Shown piece after piece: positions 11,083-24,300 of a DNA stretch of 64,000 nt. How positions within the stretch are numbered: position 1 is the first letter of the stretch; every line of letters begins with the position of its first letter. The translations under genes and the position numbers were made by a program. The stretch spans positions 191,236-255,235 of the forward strand of contig NW_004797307.1 of assembly GCF_000002075.1 (NCBI RefSeq). The letters run 5' to 3'. The notes under the pieces were generated by a model that worked only from the letters and a program-made list of their open reading frames with translations, was not told the origin of the DNA and did not search any database. Source of the DNA: Aplysia californica. Taxonomy: Eukaryota.

Positions 11083-13282
11083 CTCTTCCCCCCCTTTTAA
11101 ATCTTCGTATTACTCTCTCAAGTAACTCTCCTTTTTCTGCACTTAGTAACACGTACTGTAAAACTCGCTGCTAAGACTAAGAAGATCTGTGTTGTTGTTA
11201 ATTGTTGTTGCTGTTGTTGTTGTTATTGCTGTGTTGTTGTTGTTGTTGTTGTTGTTGCAAGACCCCCGAATGAGATTGGGCTTTGCGTTGGGTTGAGCAA
11301 ATTTTAATGATAGAAAACACACTAGCTGAAAACAAAACAACCTCCACCCCCCCCCCCCCCCCCCCCCCCCAAATTAACAATTCCAAAAAACAAAACAAAA
11401 CAAAAAAAACGGGGGGGGGGTTGTTTAAGGCACCTAAATAGAAAAAATTTTTTTTCCCACGTCCTCGCGAAAAAGGCCGGCCCCCGGGATAAAATATAAT
11501 CTTACAAGTTTAAGAAGCCCTACTCCTTTAATTTTANNNNNNNNNNNNNNNNNNNNNNNNNNNNNNNNNNNNNNNNNNNNNNNNNNNNNNNNNNNNNNNN
11601 NNNNNNNNNNNNNNNNNNNNNNNNNNNNNNNNNNNNNNNNNNNNNNNNNNNNNNNNNNNNNNNNNNNNNNNNNNNNNNNNNNNNNNNNNNNNNNNNNNNN
11701 NNNNNNNNNNNNNNNNNNNNNNNNNNNNNNNNNNNNNNNNNNNNNNNNNNNNNNNNNNNNNNNNNNNNNNNNNNNNNNNNNNNNNNNNNNNNNNNNNNNN
11801 NNNNNNNNNNNNNNNNNNNNNNNNNNNNNNNNNNNNNNNNNTTTGTGGTGTTGCCTGGGTGGGCTGTTCGCTGTTGCTCAAAGAAGACGAGCGTTTTATT
11901 CACATGTGAGGAAGTCTTATAATTTTATCGAGAATCTCTCTTCTGGGATACTGCGTGCGTCCCATTCAATCATAATCAATGATTCAGCCTGGGTTTGTTC
12001 TGACACTCACTGACAGGCGAGAGTCGAAACAGCCCGCCCCTAGAATTTTATCTTAATTAATTATGCCAAAAAGGGACAATATTACATTGGAAATAGTTCA
12101 ATTTAAAATTCAGAAAACCACCAGTGGTTGGAGGGCGCCATTGATAGGAGCAGGTCTTTCCCTTTTTCTCTAACTGACTGATCCTATGTCGAAACGTGCT
12201 TCTCTTTGCCCATACTCCATACTCAAGCTTACTTAGGAAGCCATAAGTACATGTACTGTAGGGATATTCAACTTATGAGGTGAGACTATCAAATTGCTAC
12301 TGTTGTTTTTTTTCTATTTGAAGGCTAGTATTCTAGCAAGCACATAACGAAACACTCACTTAACGAACCGATTTTCAGGTCCCAAGTTTTTATAATAGGC
12401 TACATTTATCAATAATATTATTCTTGACATTTGAAACATGCACATAACGAAATTCGTAATACCAAAAATGTTTCCGCGCCCCATGTTGCTATGTGTGCGT
12501 GATTGACAGAACAATATATTTGCATTGCTGACTTTTTGCCAGACACTGAATCAACGTTCTTCAAATCAACTCACTTTACTTTCCGTCGCATGTTTTTCTC
12601 AGTGTGATTAATTATAATTGCCGTTGTCATATTCTTTAAAAAGTTTTATTTATTTGATTATTTGTTGTTTTTATTTTGTTTTGTTTTATTTATTTGTTTT
12701 TGTTCAAGCAACATACAACTTAAGAACCAGAGAAAAGACTTCAGAAGATGCAGCCAAGGAAAGGGGGGCACTGGAAGGACCCAGTGTCAATAAAGAAGAG
12801 AAATAATGCATTATTATGTAACAGTAAAAACATATAAACCTTTGACCCAAATGTGACACCCAAAGCTACACAAACTGCAAAACATCAACAGTTTCCACTT
12901 TCTACTTCTTAACGACGTGTTGGCCTTTCATAATAATACATGTATTAAATACCGGTAGCTAACATAGAACACATAATTAAGGCCATAGCTGTTGAGGACC
13001 CAATTTTGTTGCATGCTTCGGTTGTGCAAAGTAATACGATATATGATGCTAATCTCATACAGCAAGTAAAAGTGACTATTAGAACGCATTTGTTGGATGA
13101 AGCAGCCGCTAAAAGACGTTAGAATCTAGTAATACCAAAGAGAGGTGCTTGTATTGGACTAATCTAAACTGTAGCGTTGACTGTTGGCAGAAGGCAGTCC
13201 ACAACTATTCGAGCTTGAGTGTTCGATTATTGACGTATTCGAGTTGGCGTTCCACTTCGATAAATCATATCATATGACACGA

Positions 13283-13296
13283 TCAAAATGGCGACG
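13283..13296 (+). promoter_or_regulatory. YY1-like/Kozak motif overlapping the GGA start codon
   Basis: TCAAAATGGCGACG matches the AANATGGC(G) YY1 consensus. The surrounding sequence is locally CpG-rich, with repeated TTCGA at 13207-13260. Confidence 0.4.
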
Positions 13297-14523
13297 TCCG
13301 ACGACACTCTGGAGATCCTGCTCAGTAAGACAATAGAAGAAAAAGTTTACTTTGCAATTCACGATTTTATTTATTATTTATTCTGTAGTTGCAATATTCA
13401 AGTCTTCATCAATAAGGTTCAATTTAGTGTCTGCAATAATTAGGCGGTTTAACGATGCAGACTGTTTTTGTTTTATTTTAAAAGAAATTTAGGAAGCATA
13501 AAAAGTTGATGGTTCTCCACTTTTTGACGTTTATTATTGTTCATGTTGGCAGTTGGTAAATCAGTAATCATAGATCTAGGCTGGATTGTACTTTGCTGGA
13601 CCATCCGTCTCGGCCCATGATTACTACGCAGGCCTAGCCTAACTATGCTCTCATAGTTCTCTATTTCTACGTGCGGACAAAATCAAAAGGTAGCCTTTCT
13701 AATCTAGATCTAGATCTAGATCTAGATATATATCTAGACTAGATTCTAGATCTAGAATCTAGAGATCTAGATCTAGATCTAGTTCCGTGGGCGACTTCAC
13801 GCTCAGTGCAAGTCAGCGGTGAGGTGAGGTGAACGAGAGGTTGTGGTTGAGGGTGGGTAGGGGATTTAACTTGACCACTGTGTATCATACCAACAGTGGA
13901 GGCGGGCTTGCCCCTCTGGAAACAATAATAAAGAAACGAAGTGGCTAGCCGTACTTAGATCTAGGTTTGGCTCTATCGACTCAAGCCTGTTAAGTCAGTT
14001 AAGTACACGGGTCTCATTAGATCTAGATCTAGTAATTATTCAGGTTCAAATACATGCAAGTCAGCAAGGCACCTTTTGGTTTTGTCTGAAATACAAAACT
14101 TTAGGCATTGCAAACTAAAAAATTAATTTACAATTCAGCCATCAATATTAAGTAAGGCTAGCCTGACAGTCTAGCCGTCCTTAAGTGCGGCTAGCCTAGC
14201 TGTCTACCCGTACTTATCTTAGGCCCTATTAACATTAGACAACAGGAAGTTTAAAATACTTGCACAGTCATTAAGGCACCTGGTTTCGTCTCAAACACAA
14301 ATACTTTAGGTACTGCACACTAAAAATTTATATTTACAATTCAGTAGGCCTATTTTTAAAAAATGGTCAGTCTTGCCATCATATTTAGAATAAGTACGGC
14401 TAGACTGTCATTAAGTACGGCTAGCCTCTTCCACAAAGAAAACACAAACGCAAAACAATCACATGAGCGGACAATCGTGTTTACATTATCAGGGGGGCTT
14501 GCCCCCTTGGCAACAATGATTTA

Positions 14524-14580
<57 letters not shown>

Positions 14581-15337
14581 ATGACCTAAACAATAACATG
14601 AGCGGACCATGGAGTCGAAGTGGACAATCGGGATAGGTCTATTAGAGTTGGAACAGGCGGAGCCTTGCTTCGCAGCACTCGCCAAGTCACGAGCAGGGCC
14701 GAGGGGGTTGTTATTTATGCAAATGAACTCTCGTGCGCGTCTCTTGCCCTCCATTGTACTTTGCCGGACCAGAAGTAGGCCTAGCCTAGCAGTCGCAAGC
14801 AAATAACAATAGTGGACCACATGATTAGATTGACCTATTAGCCTCAAGGTGTCAGGGTCGGGGGTCAAAGGGCGCAGTGGCATTGTCGTGATGACTGAAA
14901 AACCCGGTAAGAGACGTCAGTCGGTTGTTAGCAGTCGAAGGGTGAGGACGTAGAAAACTGAGTATGAGAGTGAGTAGGGGAGCTCGGAAAGGAAGAATAG
15001 TGGCTACTAGGCACCAAGGGCGCCATAGCGAAAGTAGTTCCAACCGGTGGTCCGGCAAAGTACAATCTTACCTAGATCTAGACCTAGTTTTTTTTTTTAC
15101 ATAAACGTAAAAGCGACAGCAAACACCCATAACTCCTCTTTGATTGGCCCATAGAAGATGATTGATGTATTTTTCTGCCATCGATTTTTGTCGTCTTCCG
15201 GGGTTTCCCCCAAGACTCTAGGGTTTCCCTCGCCAGTAACTGTTGAGTATGTTTGTTTCTGTATTAATTTGTGTTATCTTTTTTATAAACAATATCAGCA
15301 ATTCTCTTTCCATAAATTTGCCTTCTCCTCAAAGTTG

Positions 15338-15383
<46 letters not shown>

Positions 15384-18300
15384 CAAACACACTCGCTTTG
15401 CTCACACACTTACAAGTGCGTGCACATATGCACACACACGCGCGCACGCACAAACACACAGCCTAAGCAGTCGGTGATGGAACCTTGTGACGTCACTGAT
15501 CGCGTGCTTAGCTGCAAAGCGGGTCCGCCACGGTGAGATTTAGTCAACTGAAGAGGGAAGCCCCAGAAGACGACAAAAATAGATGGCGGAAATACTTAAT
15601 CTTTTTTGGGGCCATTCACAGAGATGTGCTAGGTGCTCACTGTAGCTTCATGTTTTTGTAGGGGGGAAGGGGAGGGTCGCGGTGTGTTGTCGCAAACCGG
15701 TAGTACTATGTAGTTAAGCCATTACCTGAACATGATCAGGTCTGAACCCAGAAATTTCAAATATTGAAGGAATGGTCCCATTGATAATGTCAATTGAATG
15801 ATACTATTTCTACTCCTTTTTTTATTACCATTTCATTGTTTTCATTTGGCACAATTCATGGTTCACAGCAATTCAAGCAATTGGGAAGTTATTTGGCTTA
15901 CTGAAATTTTGTGATCACCACCATTGTTAAAATGTCTTAGAAGCAGGTTCCCTTATTAATTGTCTATGTGCAGTTAAAATGGGCTAGAAGCAAATAGCTT
16001 TGTTTAATTTTCTTAGGTCGTTGTTTGCGGGTCTAAGAAAAGTTGGCCAACCTACAGAATCTAGTGAGGTTCCTGCGAACTAAGGTTCCGATTAGTTTTC
16101 TCTGATATTACTAAAACGGGTAAAAAACGTGCACAGAACACATTATAATACGTTGACACATATTTTCATGCTCATGAAATATTGTCAAACTAAAGTTAAA
16201 GGTTAGTACTTTTTGGACACTTGTGTGGAGACATCTAGATGATCTTGGGCGGAAATTTACAAGCTAACACTGAAATGTTGGCTTAGAATAGTGTCTCTGT
16301 TTCAAAATGAGCAAATTGGAAGCGAGGTTTCTTGTAAGTGATTTATTTTAGTGGTCTTGTGTATACACCAAAAGAACAGTGTTTGATTTATGGCCCAAAT
16401 AAATAAACTTAAAAAAATTACTGAATTAAGATTTTTAAAGAGTTATTTTTGTTTGGTAGCGGGATACGGGAATATCATGTAAAGGTAAACTTATAAGCAT
16501 TGGTAAAATAATGATAAATGAGCTAGAATTGTTTAAATGGGGTTAGACAAAAGTGAGTAAGCTGTATAGGTACTATAAAGGCATATATTCTTTTTCATGT
16601 AGATTGACTGGTTAGTTGAGCGTGGATTTATCATGTGAGAATGTTCTATTTTATCAGTAGTGTGGCTGTCGATGTAGATTAGAATTATTATCTGAAATTG
16701 GATACACTTTGACTTTGTTGTTGCATTTTAAAGACATTAGAATGCAACTGTCTGAGTTAAATTGTAGCTATGCTGCAGTTTTTTTAAAAAGCAAGTGCTC
16801 ACTTACAGTAACAGATATATATATATATATAAAGGTCAAAATTCCAAAACAAAATGCTTGACATTGTTGTAGAAGTACATATCATATTATATGCTGAAGG
16901 AAATTTTTGTTTATTTGAAAGTTTTTATCCACAGGCTTCTCCTCTTGACCCTAACCTAATCTCTTATTCAGTCGAAACTGCTCTAATGGCTAAGACAATT
17001 TGTAAAAACGACTACTTCCCATATCCCCCCTCTTGTGTTTTTTTCATATATATCATAAAATGTCACTGTCCAAGATGTCCTCCTGTCAATGACAACTACA
17101 CTTTTCCTCGACAATGAGTGGTAGTCTCGAACAATTTTGTGAAAAGAAATGTTCTTGAGATGTTCTTTTCCTGGGTTACGTTAATGTTTTCATCCAAGTC
17201 TTCTTTGTTGTTCAAATTTTGTTGGGTTTTTTTTTTTTTGGGGGGGGGGGGGCAAATGTAAAATAATTAACAACTACAATTTTCTTGATTTGTTGACTTG
17301 TTTACAGACAGAGCCACTGACCCATCTATGAAAGAGGAAGACTGGGATAAAATAACAGCATTTTGTAATAAAGTGAATGCTGAGTTAGAAGGTCCACTTC
17401 TATCAACTCGTCTGATTGCTCACAAGATCCAGTCTCCTCAAGAGAAAGAGGCTTTGTTTGCTTTGAGTGTAAGTTTGTTTCCAGCTAATACCATTTGATA
17501 TGCAGTCTAGCATTCACATAACGAAATCATTGGGACACTGGAATCTTTTTGTTATTTGTTCAAAATTTGCTACGCATGTGTTTTAAATGTAAAGAAAAAT
17601 ATGGATTAGAAAAGATTCATGCCCTGAAAATCTGTTCACTATGTGTATCACTATGTGTATGTTCACTATGTTCATGACCTGAAAATCTGTTCACAATATG
17701 CATTTATCGCTATGTGCATGTTCACTATATATAAATGCTAGACTGTGTCTTTGCTACCTCCACAGTGTTAGACTAAGAGAGAGATAATAAAAAGCAGAAT
17801 TGGGTTGGACCTCTTAAACTGCAAATTGTGTTATTATTTTGTTCCAGGATATGTTTGTTCCATGTACAAATGTAAAGCTTGTTCTTTGTTATAAATTGTA
17901 TGACAGGGAAATATTTTTCAAGCTTTTCATGTACTGTGACTGTCACTGAAGAGTATGCAGATCTTGGAGAGATTGCAGAAAGGAATATCTGTATCTTGTG
18001 TGAACACTTTTCGAATATTATAACATAATATGCAAGACGTATGATTATTAAAATCCCCAATATATTTACCAAAATATATATATCTTTGTAAATAGTAAGG
18101 GACAGTTTTGATGCTATTGGTTCTCTTACAGAGAACAAGTGTAAAAACAATTGCAAAGGCTTGCTGCGTGTGTTCCAAGGTTTTTGACCAGACTATCGTT
18201 GCTTATGGTCATTTGTATCTAAGAGAACTGTTTCTGCGTTAGTTTGTCACACACTTGGGTAGGAGAAATTTTAGCTCCCAAGTTGTTCAGTTATCATTAT

Positions 18301-21300
18301 CTTGTAAAGACTAATTTGTCTGATGTGTCTAATTTACGTTTATAACTTCAGCTTCTTTTGTGTTTGTTTGCAGAATTTGGGGGGGGGGGGTGTCATGTTA
18401 GATCCCTGTAGAAGACAGGAATTTCATTTAGGCACAGTCTGAAGAGGGGAAAAAATGTCCTTTTTGTCTGAAAAGACTTTTTTTTCTTTATTACCATAAT
18501 GACATACTGTTCCGAATGGTATTTTTGAACTTCACAGATGTATTTATTTGCTATTTTCTGTTTAGACTCTGGAGGCCTGCGTCAATGAATGTGGCAGATA
18601 CTTCCATCAAGAAATTGGAAAGTTCAGATTTCTGAATGAGATCATTAAAGTTGTGTCTCCAAAGGTAAGTGTGAAAGGGGAAAAAAATAAACTTGCACTT
18701 TAATTGTTAAGATGATATAAGTAAGGAGAAGTAAACTGGTTGTCTGTCAGAGGTAGAAGTTAAGATCAGACTGTTTTTGAAGACCAAAATAGAAAAAAAC
18801 AGGAGTCACATTTTCATGTTTAGAGGAAATCAAGTTTTAAAGTTCAAAACACTGTACTTTGATACTTTTTATCTGTTATAAATACCTTCTTTTAGAAAAT
18901 GGGATGTTCAACTTCAACGTTGTCAATAACAGTAGAAAAGAATTTAAGTATCATAGGCATAGTAATTGGTGTGTTTTGGTTCTGCTTGATTTGTCAGCGG
19001 CGTTCGATACCATCGACCACAAAATTTTACTAGAGAGATTGGAAAAGTCATTTTTACTATCAGGTACTGCTCTAATGTGGTTTAAATCATATCTAAACAA
19101 TAGATTTATGTCAGTGAAAATTGGCAATGATGTGTCAGATAGGTTACCTCTAAAGTACGGAATTCCTCAGGGTTCGGTCCTTGGTCCTGTCATCTTTACA
19201 ATGTACACGCAAAGTCTGTCATCAATAATTTCTTTATATGCCCTTAATTACCATCTTTATGCAGACAATACACAGCTGTATGGATTCACTACAACTGAAA
19301 ATGTACACAATCTCATAGATAGAATCGCCAGATGCATCAATGATATAAGAAAATGGATGTTCAAGAACAAATTAAAATTAAATGAGAATAAGACCGAAAT
19401 ATTATTTCTTCGTAGCAGCGCATGCAATGAAATCGACAATATCAGAATAAACATCAATGGCCACGAAATATCAGCCCAAACTAAAATAAAAAATTTAGGT
19501 GTGGTGCTAGATCAAGATATGTCAATGAAATACTATGTATCCAATCTTTGTAAAAATCTATATCTCCAGCTGAAGAAAATAGGGAGCATTAGAAAATATC
19601 TATCTGTTGGTGTCACCAAAACTTTAATAACATCACTTATATTGTCAAGGATTGATTATTGCAATTCCTTACTGGCTGGTGTACCTGATGAACAGTTACA
19701 ACAACTACAAAGAGTACAAAATATTGCTGCCAAAATAATTACTAAAAAACTAAAGCATGATCATGTGACTCCTATCTTAAAAGCATTACACTGGCTCCCA
19801 GTGAAAGAGCGTATCATATATAAAATCTATTTAACTTGCAACAAGTGCTTAAATGATTTATCACCGGACTATCTAAAACAGCTTTTAACACCCTATGTGC
19901 CTCCTAGAACGCTCAGATCATCAAGTGACAAAACAACCCTTGTTAAGCCTAAAATAAATTACAAATCATATGGCCAACGCTCTTTTTCATATTTTGCCCC
20001 ACTTGTTTGGAATAGGCTTCCAAAAACTATCAGAGAAGCAGAAAATCTAGAAATTTTAAAGAAGAAACTAAAATCATTTCTATTTTCATCATATTTCGAT
20101 TAGACAGAATGCATCCAAGCTGTAGATCGTTGTGAGTTTGTATGTGCATATGTACGTATGTGTGTGTGGTGCGTGCGTGAGTGAATATGTGTTTGCATGT
20201 AACACTATGTACCTTTAAAATTGATTTGTAAATCCATAATATGTATCATGTTAAGTGCATAGAGCATTGCATAAGTGGATATGCGCTATATAAATGCAAT
20301 CCATTATTATTATTATTATTATGATAAATTATTAAATGTATCTGAGCCTGCCTCCTTTCGGTATCAATTGCTCCAGGACTGCCCCAAGGATCCCCCCTCT
20401 CTCCTGTGCTTTTCAATGTGTACACTGCACAGGTAACGATGTATCAGAAAGAATCTGGAAGTGTCCTGAGCTTTGCGGATGACATAATGGCATACGAGCA
20501 TGGAGATGACAGACTTCAGATGGCAGGGAACATGGAGAAAAGACTTCACTCAGTTGTAAAATGGTGCGACCAAAATGAAGCTGTCATCAATCCTTCAAAG
20601 GCGCAGGTACTTTGGTGTTCCCTCAACAACAGGATTGTCCAAGACATAACTCCACCAATCACTGGCAACTATGAGATTATCGACAGACAGTCAGAGCTGA
20701 AGTATCTGGGAATCGTCTTGGACAGGTCGTTGTCCTTCAACAAGCATGTGAATCATGTGGTAACAAAGGCCAAACGAGGTGTTGGTGCAATCAAGACCAT
20801 GGCGGCCGCTCTGATTCCGCAAAGAGTGCTCTTCCTGATGTTGCAGCTGGTCGTCCTTTCTGTCATTGATTACGGATTGGGCTGTCTCACGCTGTCCGAC
20901 ACACAGATCGCAAAGCTGGATCGAGTGCAGAATGAGGCAATGAGAGCAGTGCTGGGCTGCACCATGGACACTCCAATATTGTGCATGCGCTACTTGCTAG
21001 GTTTAAGTGGCATCAGAGTACGCCATAGGATAGCTCAGGCAAAGATGTATCTTAGTGTAATGGGCAAGAAGGATCATCCACTTCACAAAGCACTTCATGA
21101 CAACAGGAGAGTCAGAATCAAGAGAGGAAAATCTTGGATGGCGGAAGCAGAGGATTCCCTGAGAACAATCTGTGTACCTGAGAGCCTACCACTAGGCGAA
21201 GAATGGGAGCAGGTGGCCGGAGAATACAGGGACCTCACCAAGGTCAAAATAAGCATGGGCAGAGACAGAAGAAATGTTGCGGCTGCCATCAACGAGAGCG

Positions 21301-24300
21301 ATATCAATGAGATTGTTGACATAAACTCAAAAGCAGGGGATCCTATAATTTATACAGATGGTTCAGTGAAAAGAGATAGCCAGAGAAGTGGATGGGGATT
21401 TGTTGCATTCGCCAACAATAAAATCATACACAGTGCATCTGGAGCCTGCAGCAGGGCTACATCAAGTATGCGAATGGAAATTGAAGCCATCACAAAAGCA
21501 CTTGATTGGATGACCCAAGATCGCCCCCACACAACCCATGCTGTTCTTATCACTGATTCCATGTGTACCCTCAGAAGGATCGAAAAAGGTTTCCTGAGAA
21601 CGGAGTGGATTCAAGCTATCGAACCAACGCCTATACGATCGCTCACATGGATTTTCTGCCCTGGCCATGCAGGTGTTAGGGGAAATGAAAAAGCCGACAG
21701 ATTGGCTGGTGAGGCCACCTTAGTTGACAATACGGTTTCGAGATCCTGAAATGTCTTTCTCGCCAACTGATTGAGGAGGAAGATAGGGAGGCAGAGGCCA
21801 GTACTGCCGTGGAGAGGATGATGCTTTTGGGAATAAACAAAGGAAGCGGAAAATCTGGCATCCTTGCAGGAAAGAACAGAAGAACGTTCAACCAAATGTG
21901 CACTGGCACAATCAGTAGAAGGACCCTCGGCAACATTTTGGAGAGAGCAACGGAGCATCAATGGACATATCCGGAGTGCAGGGATGTTGCTTCCTGAAAC
22001 AAGAACAAAAACAAGAACCTTGCGAATTTCCTTTTATTTTTATACGTCAGTATTTTCTCTATGTTAATATTCTTCCTGACGGTGATAACAGTTTCTTAAA
22101 CATCATTTCCTGAATGAATAAATATTATTGTTATACATGTGGGTTTCATCTGATAGGAATTGTCTTTAATTAAGTTTTTCTGTATTTTATGCTCTCAGTA
22201 TTTAGGTAACAGAACCGCAGAGAGAGTAAAGACAAGATGCATTGAAACCTTGTACAGCTGGCATAGAGGGCTCACACATGAACCGAAAATCACAGAAGCA
22301 TATAAAATGTTGAAAGCTCAAGGCATAATCAAGGAAGATCCAACTTATGTTGACAAAGTGAGTTTTAATATTCAAGTATTTATGCACTTTTGATTTGATA
22401 TCTTTGAGTACCACCTTTGAGGAACAATTTCATTTTAGTTATACTTCAATTGTTTCTGAATAGAAATCTTTGTATTAATGTTGTTCAAAGAGCAACACAC
22501 ACACCTGAAAAATTACTATCAACAAAAAAGTATAAGATTAAATATGGTGCTTGCAGTATTATAAAGCTGACTGGTTACCATGCTACTTTTTGCCTTAGTG
22601 TAGTCGAACCCGCCTTACCGGCCACCTGTCCAAAACAGTCACCCATACGAATCACCACTCCCACTTCTCCCCTTGCATTGAAAAAAATAATTATGATAAC
22701 ATTGTCCAATATTTCCACCTGTCTAAGATAACCAGTGTCCTCCTTGACATTGGGTCGTTGTCTTGGACAGTTTCGACTGTATTTCTAACTTCTAGACTAT
22801 TAATGTTGTCCATAAAGTACGATGTGATCTACTGCAGTGTAGTATCCTTGGGTGTAGATGGGTTGTTGGAAGGTGCTGCTGGTATGTTATAAGTATTTTC
22901 TCTTCTTCAGATGTTTTTGTCAGCCTCTCTGTATTTATCCCAGCTATAAATGGCAGTTTTCATGTCTGTGAGATTCTTTTTTGTTAGGAGACCTGAGTTC
23001 GTTTCCAGTGTAGGGAGAATTTTTATGGAGTATCTCAAGTCTTTCTGGTTAGACATTGTATTCCTTTCAGCCTGGGCTAGCCCTGATAGGCATGGTTGGA
23101 GCATGCCTCCTAAATGATCTAAATTATGTCAAAGGGGGTTATGAAAACACCTACATTAAAAGAAATTAAAACTTTTTCTCTCCCCACATTCTCTGCCTTC
23201 TTTTCATGTCGGTATGTAATGTAATGTACATGTTTTGAACTGTCATGAGGATATGTCACTTATTTCTCAAAGGCTTCAACAGTGCAGTAGTTAACATTTA
23301 TACATTTTTCCTTTTACAGACCTTCAGCCCTTTTCCCCCTCTCAAACCAAGGAAGGCGGACTTTGAAGATGATGAGAAAGCCAAGGTAAGCAATCTTTGG
23401 TTTCATGCTGATCACAATTAAAAGTGATGGTTTAAGATTTACCTTTTTGATCTGTATTATTTTGATACATGTTTTTACATGCATTCTCATTTCCTACCCA
23501 ATCTTATGATATTTTATTCTTATAATGGATCTTAATTCATTGAGTTGTGCCATATTTCTTGTGTTGATGATCCTGTTGAGTGTGTCAGTGCATATTCTTT
23601 AGTGCAGTGTTCTGAGTATATTTCCTTGTGTTTTTACTATTTCGATAAAGCTGCGAAAAATTTCCCACAGGGGTAGTAAAGTACTGTCTTATCATATCTA
23701 ATCTTGTCTAGTAAATCATGGGATCTTGCAACATTTTAGAATCTGCTGCCTCTTGTTTCTGGGTGTGCCTCCTGGACAGTTGCTGTTATCAGACGTAAAA
23801 TCGGGCTGGCCAACGTTTCGTATATCTTTGGACTGGCACGGATTTTGCAGTTGGGAATTTGACAGCTGTAGCAAATGCACTTCACTAAAAAATCAGACCC
23901 ACTTGGTGTAATTTTGTTCATTGTTATATTATCGGGTGTTTTAAGTGTTATACTGCTGGTTTGCTCAGATGGGGTTTTTAAAAAGCTGGCAAGCCTGCAA
24001 AATTGTGTTTGTGTGGTAGGGAAATTTTTTTGTATAATATTAGTTGATTTTATATAGGCCTAGATTCTCTTGCATTCTAGTCTTTGAGATTGTTGTAAAG
24101 ATTGAATTGTTTGACAGTTTTCTGTTTTCAATATTTTTAAAATCTATACAGTTAAGAATGAACCATAAAAACTTGAATTGTTTCTTAAGATTTCATTTCA
24201 AGTTCACATTCTTCCTCGCTTTTTTGTTTGGTTCCTTATAGCTGGGACCCAAAACTGACAGATGTCAAAGTATGTGTTGAACTGTGCTTATATGAAAGAT

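Noticed and set aside
18859-21749. The 414-aa and 447-aa ORFs as host genes or a novel RT system
   Set aside because: Both are 5'-truncated LINE ORF2 pieces with non-ATG nominal starts and LINE 3' tails, inside a GGA intron.
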